Below, piece by piece: positions 55,436-60,000 of a stretch of DNA of 60,000 nt. The stretch spans positions 1,676,001-1,736,000 of the forward strand of contig CM075992.1 of NCBI GenBank assembly GCA_038087875.1, in the 5' to 3' direction. Both the position numbers and the translations under genes were made by a program. The notes beneath the pieces were generated by a model. The model saw only the letters and a program-made list of their open reading frames with translations, had not been told where the DNA came from and searched no databases. Every line of letters starts with the position of its first letter. The stretch's first letter is position 1. This DNA is from Malacoraja senta. Taxonomy: Eukaryota.

Positions 55436-55626
55436 AGGCTGTGGAGTCGGGATACCCTATCCTACTCTGGGAAGGTGAAGGACTCATCCAAAGCCACCCA
55501 GCATGTGGTTTCTGACATGATGCTGCTGTGTTCAACTGTCTTTAATATAATTGTCAGCTATAAACAATTTTTAAAGGAAAACTTTATCTTCTTGTTTGAC
55601 ATATGTGACATTTAGTAACTTAGTAA

Positions 55627-57052
55627 TGGGGCTGTCCCACTGTACGAGCTAATTCAAGAGCTCTCCTGAGTTTAAAAAAAATCAAGCTCGTGGTAAGCAC
55701 GTAGAATGTACGTAGCGGGTACGTCGGAGCTCGGCACGTCTCTTAGCGGCTCGTAACGCTAACGGCAGGTACTCGGGAAACGTGGTAAGCTCATGAAGAT
55801 TATTCAACATGTTGAAAAATGTCGACGAGAGCCCCAAGTACCTACGAGCGGCTATTACCGTAATTCTACGAGTTCGAATCAGGGAAACTCGGGAGAACTC
55901 TTGATTTCAAGTCAAGTCAAGTGAGTTTATTGTCATGTGTCCCTGGTAGGACAATGAAATTCTTGCTTTGCTTGAGCACAACAGAACATAGTAGGCATTT
56001 ACTACAAGGCATTCTATAAATATATACACAATGGTCAATATACTGATAAAAGTGCAAATAACAGTATTGGCTAGTAAAGTTCAGTGTTATGTCCGAGCCA
56101 GGTTCAATAGCCTGATGGCTGTGGGGAAGTAGCTGTTCCTGAACCTGGTCGTTGCAGTCTTCAGGCTCCTGTACCTTCTACCTGAAGGTAGTAGGGAGAT
56201 GAGTGTGTGGCCAGGATGGTGTGGGTCCTTGATGATGCTGCCAGCCTTTTTGAGGCAGCGACTGTGGTAGATCCCCTCGATGGAAGGGAGGTCAGAGCCG
56301 ATGATGGACTGGGCAGTGTTTACTACTTTTTGTAGTCTTTTCCTCTCCAGGGCACTCAAGTTGCCGAACCAAGCCACGATGCAACCGGTCAGCTTGCTCT
56401 CTACTGTGCACCTGTAGAAGTTAGAGAGAGTCCTCCTTGACAAACCGACTCTCCGTAATCTTCTCAGGAAGTAGAGGCGCTGATGGGCTTTCTTAATAAT
56501 GGCATCATTGTTCTCGGACCAGGAAAGATCTTCAGAGATGTGCACGCCCAGGAATTTGAAGCTCTTGACCCGTTGATATAAACGGGACTGTGGGTCCCCA
56601 TCCTACTCCCTCCAAAGTCCACAATCAGTTCCTTGGTTTTGCTGGTGTTGAGGGCCAGGTTGTTGTGCTGGCACCATATGGACAGTTGCTCGATCTCTCT
56701 TCTATACTCTGACTCATCCCCATCAGTGATACGTCCCACAACAGTGGTGTCATCAGCTAACTTGATGATGGAGTTCGCACTATGTCCAGCTACGCAGTCA
56801 TGAGTATAGAGTGAGTACAGCAGGGGACTGAGCACGCAGCCTTGAGGTGCTCCCGTGCTAATTGTTATCGAGTCTGACACATTTCCACCAATACGAACAG
56901 ACTGTGGTCTGAGAGTGAGGAAGTCGAGGATCCAATTGCAGAGGGATGCGCAGAGACCCAGTTCTGCGAGTTTGGTAACCAACTTGGAGGGGATGATTGT
57001 GTTAAATGCCGAGCTGTAATCGACGAATAACAGCCTGTACAGGACAGCCCCA
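55627..57052. mobile_element. PIF/Harbinger-like MITE interrupted by a LINE
   Basis: Ends TGGGGCTGTCC...GGACAGCCCCA flanked by TAA on both sides. Confidence 0.7.
55906..57036 (-). mobile_element. Rex1/Babar-like LINE, 5'-truncated, frameshifted reverse transcriptase
   Basis: [29 protein letters not shown] (mutated FADD), [22 protein letters not shown]; short-repeat tail (GACTT)n. Confidence 0.9.
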
Positions 57053-57189
57053 TAAAGCTGCTCCCTCACAGCTAGGGACTCTGGTTCAATACTGATTTTT
57101 TTTTTTTTTTTAACAGGATTTTTTAAATGTTGTGACAGGGTCCAGTTAAAGCTGCATTGGACTAATCTCCTGCTGTTTGTATTCCAGCT

Positions 57190-57635
57190 CAATGTGCTGG
57201 TCAACCTAGAGCCTCTGTTGAGTCCCTCCCCTCCCCCCACCTTTGAGATTTATGCAAATAATTTTTTTTTAGTGGTCTGAATTGGTAAGTTTCAATCCAA
57301 CAAACACTGCTCCATGAATAAGGGATTATTTAGACAATGCCTTCACCTCCCAGGCCATTAGTAAACAATGTGCTGATGTTGTCAAAGGGTGGCTGCAATC
57401 CATATTTGGGCTGGTTGGTTATGTTTGTGATGCTGATGAAAGGTCACCCAATTGTCAACTCAAGGGCTTTTAAAGCATCTAGAAATGGATATCAGAACCT
57501 CTTCACTGGGTGCACTCTGACCATCTCTAGTGACATAGCCTTTCAAGGTTGTAGCTCAAGAGACATACAGCAAACAGTGTAGGAAGGAACTGCAGATGCT
57601 GGTTCAAACTATAGACATAAAATGCTGGAGGAACT
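57190..57635. repeat. Direct duplication, copy 1 (copy 2 at 59555 to window end)
   Basis: Apparently identical sequence at offset 2365; ORFs 57337..57582 and 59702..59947 are identical. Confidence 0.95.
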
Positions 57636-57931
57636 CAACGGGACAGGCAGCATCTCTGGAGAAGGAATGGGTGACGTTTCGGGTCGAGACCCTTCTTCAG
57701 TCTCGACCCGAAACATCACCCATACCTTCTCTCCAGAGGTACTGCCCGTCCCCGCTGAGTTACTCCAGAATTTTGTGACTATCTACAGCAAACAAGGCCT
57801 TGGTCATGCCTGAACCTTAAAAACAATTGATGCTGGCTTGCCAATTTAAAGAACGAACATTTTCTGAAAGGAAAATTGCACGTCAAGATAAAGCTGACAA
57901 AAATGATGATTCCACAAAGTTCAGCAGTTGT

Positions 57932-57953
57932 TTTATTTTAGAAACATTTTATT
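57932..57953 (-). terminator. ILF3 polyadenylation signals (two AATAAA)
   Basis: tttatt at 57932-57937 and 57948-57953, ~0.9 kb after the stop. Confidence 0.7.
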
Positions 57954-58835
57954 GAACCACTGAGGAAGGTCAACCGCAATACTGTTCAACTAATACAGGG
58001 GAAAAAAGTACAAAACATGGTCTCTTAAAATAATCACACAATTATAAAACTAAACCGGGAAAAGGAAAAGTACATTCCAGAACAAAGCTCCACTTCTAGA
58101 CAGCTGCAAGAAAAAAATCATTGAGGAGTTATACATTACAGAGGACGGGATATTAAAGCATCACAACTGCCAGGCAAAAAAAAGACCCATTAAAGTGAAT
58201 CACTGGAACCTGTTTGCTTAGGTGCACCATTTTAAAATCTAATTTTAAAAAGGAACCATTGATGGTGCCGATAACACAGGGATTGGAATAATTAAAAAAA
58301 AAGAGGGGTTCTGCTTTAGTATTACAGCATTTGGGGCCACAAAAACAAAAAGGGAATCTTCATTCAGTATAAGCCAACACCAAGTTGATCTGTTGTGATC
58401 TTTGTCAGTACAGTATCTTATCCAACACAGGGCACTATTTGGTCAGTAGTTGACAGCAATGCCCACTACCAAGGCCTTTGTTCACTACCTTCTGAGAAAA
58501 AATAATAATTTAACATTTTATACAATTATGACGATGCAGAATTATTGAAGTGGGCTCTCTGCCACAGCAAAATTGAAGGCAGCCTGTGCCAATTAGTTGG
58601 TGGTGCTGGAATTCCAGTCAAGATTCTACACACTACAATATAGCATCACATACCACAGCACTACTTACTAGAGGAATGCTATTAATCTCAACCATAAGAG
58701 TCTGCAGTGCTCATGGAAAATGGTCATACAGGGCGTTTTTTAAAATTCATTGGCAGCATAAAAAAAGATACAGCAGTTAGAAAATAAAACAGAAGGGATA
58801 TAGGGTTTTCTATGACAGGTCCTAGACATGACGAT

Positions 58836-58963
58836 TTATCTGTATTGATAGGTGTTCATGTGGTCCCCTCGGCTATAGCCCCCACCAGGGCTCGAATAGG
58901 ACGACTGACCGGAACCATATCCTCCAGATATTGGTGCATTATAGCCACTCTGGGATGAGTACC
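58836..58963 (-). CDS. ILF3: ILF3 (NF110 isoform) last coding exon (GYSSQSGYNAPISGGYGSGQSSYSSPGGGYSRGDHMNTYQYR*)
   Basis: cag|GG acceptor; GQSY-rich tail ending ...YQYR* as in NF110; ILF3 neighbours QTRT1 and DNM2 in human. Confidence 0.88.
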
Positions 58964-59554
58964 CTGTGGATGATTTAGTGTTAGAATTGGACAGTTACAT
59001 AGAATACCAAATATTCCATCAAGAAACTTTTACTCTTCCCTCAGATGTAGCAGCCTAACGTGCTGAGTATTTCCAGAAGTTTCTATTTCTATTTTACATT
59101 TCCAGCATCGTTTTCTTTTAAATTTCACCATTAAATCTAATGAGCCAGCTTCTACCACCCTCATTGGGGGGCATTCCAGAGATTCACCACCCACTGAGAG
59201 ATAACATTTTTGCACATCTTAATTTTTCTTTATTTTGTAGGAGAGATGTTATTATTATAGATTGCAGATGCGCTGCTCATACTTTAAATAGAGCTACATA
59301 ATCTACCTCCCAATCTACAAGAACATTTTTTTTAAACACAGCAATATCAAAACCAACACAATCAATTTCAGATAATTCTCTTTAATAACCTGAGAACGCA
59401 GGACAATTTTTAAATTGTAATATTAAAACCTTGGATCGTCAAACTAAATTAATCACTATTTCCAGAATTCAATTAATTTTAAAATGCAGTTTATTCTTTT
59501 ATAATTTAAATATTTGGAAATTCATCACCAAATGCTTTAAACTCTTCTCACCCA

Positions 59555-60000
59555 CAATGTGCTGGTCAACCTAGAGCCTCTGTTGAGTCCCTCCCCTCCC
59601 CCCACCTTTGAGATTTATGCAAATAATTTTTTTTTAGTGGTCTGAATTGGTAAGTTTCAATCCAACAAACACTGCTCCATGAATAAGGGATTATTTAGAC
59701 AATGCCTTCACCTCCCAGGCCATTAGTAAACAATGTGCTGATGTTGTCAAAGGGTGGCTGCAATCCATATTTGGGCTGGTTGGTTATGTTTGTGATGCTG
59801 ATGAAAGGTCACCCAATTGTCAACTCAAGGGCTTTTAAAGCATCTAGAAATGGATATCAGAACCTCTTCACTGGGTGCACTCTGACCATCTCTAGTGACA
59901 TAGCCTTTCAAGGTTGTAGCTCAAGAGACATACAGCAAACAGTGTAGGAAGGAACTGCAGATGCTGGTTCAAACTATAGACATAAAATGCTGGAGGAACT
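59555..60000. repeat. Direct duplication, copy 2
   Basis: Matches 57190-57635 to the window end. Confidence 0.95.

Noticed and set aside
50060..60000. Idea that the whole contig right of the gap is simply mis-oriented
   Set aside because: QTRT1 and ILF3 are convergent within contiguous sequence, and ILF3 is co-oriented with DNM2 as in human, so flipping the contig would not restore the human order.

Overview
Eukaryotic genomic DNA, most likely a cartilaginous fish such as a skate or ray (inferred from HE1/V-SINE-like, CR1, L2, Rex1/Babar and Penelope-type repeats). Four intron-containing genes are present. (1) DNM2 (dynamin-2), minus strand: CpG/CCAAT promoter at ~32.5-33.1 kb and coding exons 1-18 down to 2056, including mutually exclusive exons 10a/10b and the 12-nt GEIL microexon. 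The proline-rich-domain exons lie outside the window. (2) A uridine-cytidine kinase gene, minus strand, exons 2-7 at 48849-39908, with a mix of UCK1- and UCK2-like residues. (3) The 3' half of QTRT1, plus strand, 50060-55435. (4) The last coding exon of ILF3/NF110, minus strand, 58836-58963. A 200-N scaffold gap (49860-50059) sits where the 5' ends of both the UCK gene and QTRT1 should be. Most interesting: a probable third UCK ohnolog inside the ILF3-QTRT1-DNM2 block, with QTRT1 inverted relative to the human order; hammerhead-ribozyme-like cores in an abundant Penelope-derived short repeat; no miR-199 in its usual DNM2 host intron; splicing-regulatory architecture around the DNM2 alternative exons; a five-fold fixed-spacing CCAAT/TALE-like promoter module; frameshifts in DNM2 exon 1; and an apparently exact duplication around the ILF3 terminal exon. 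All calls were made by eye with no database searches; comparisons to human proteins and gene order are from recall.
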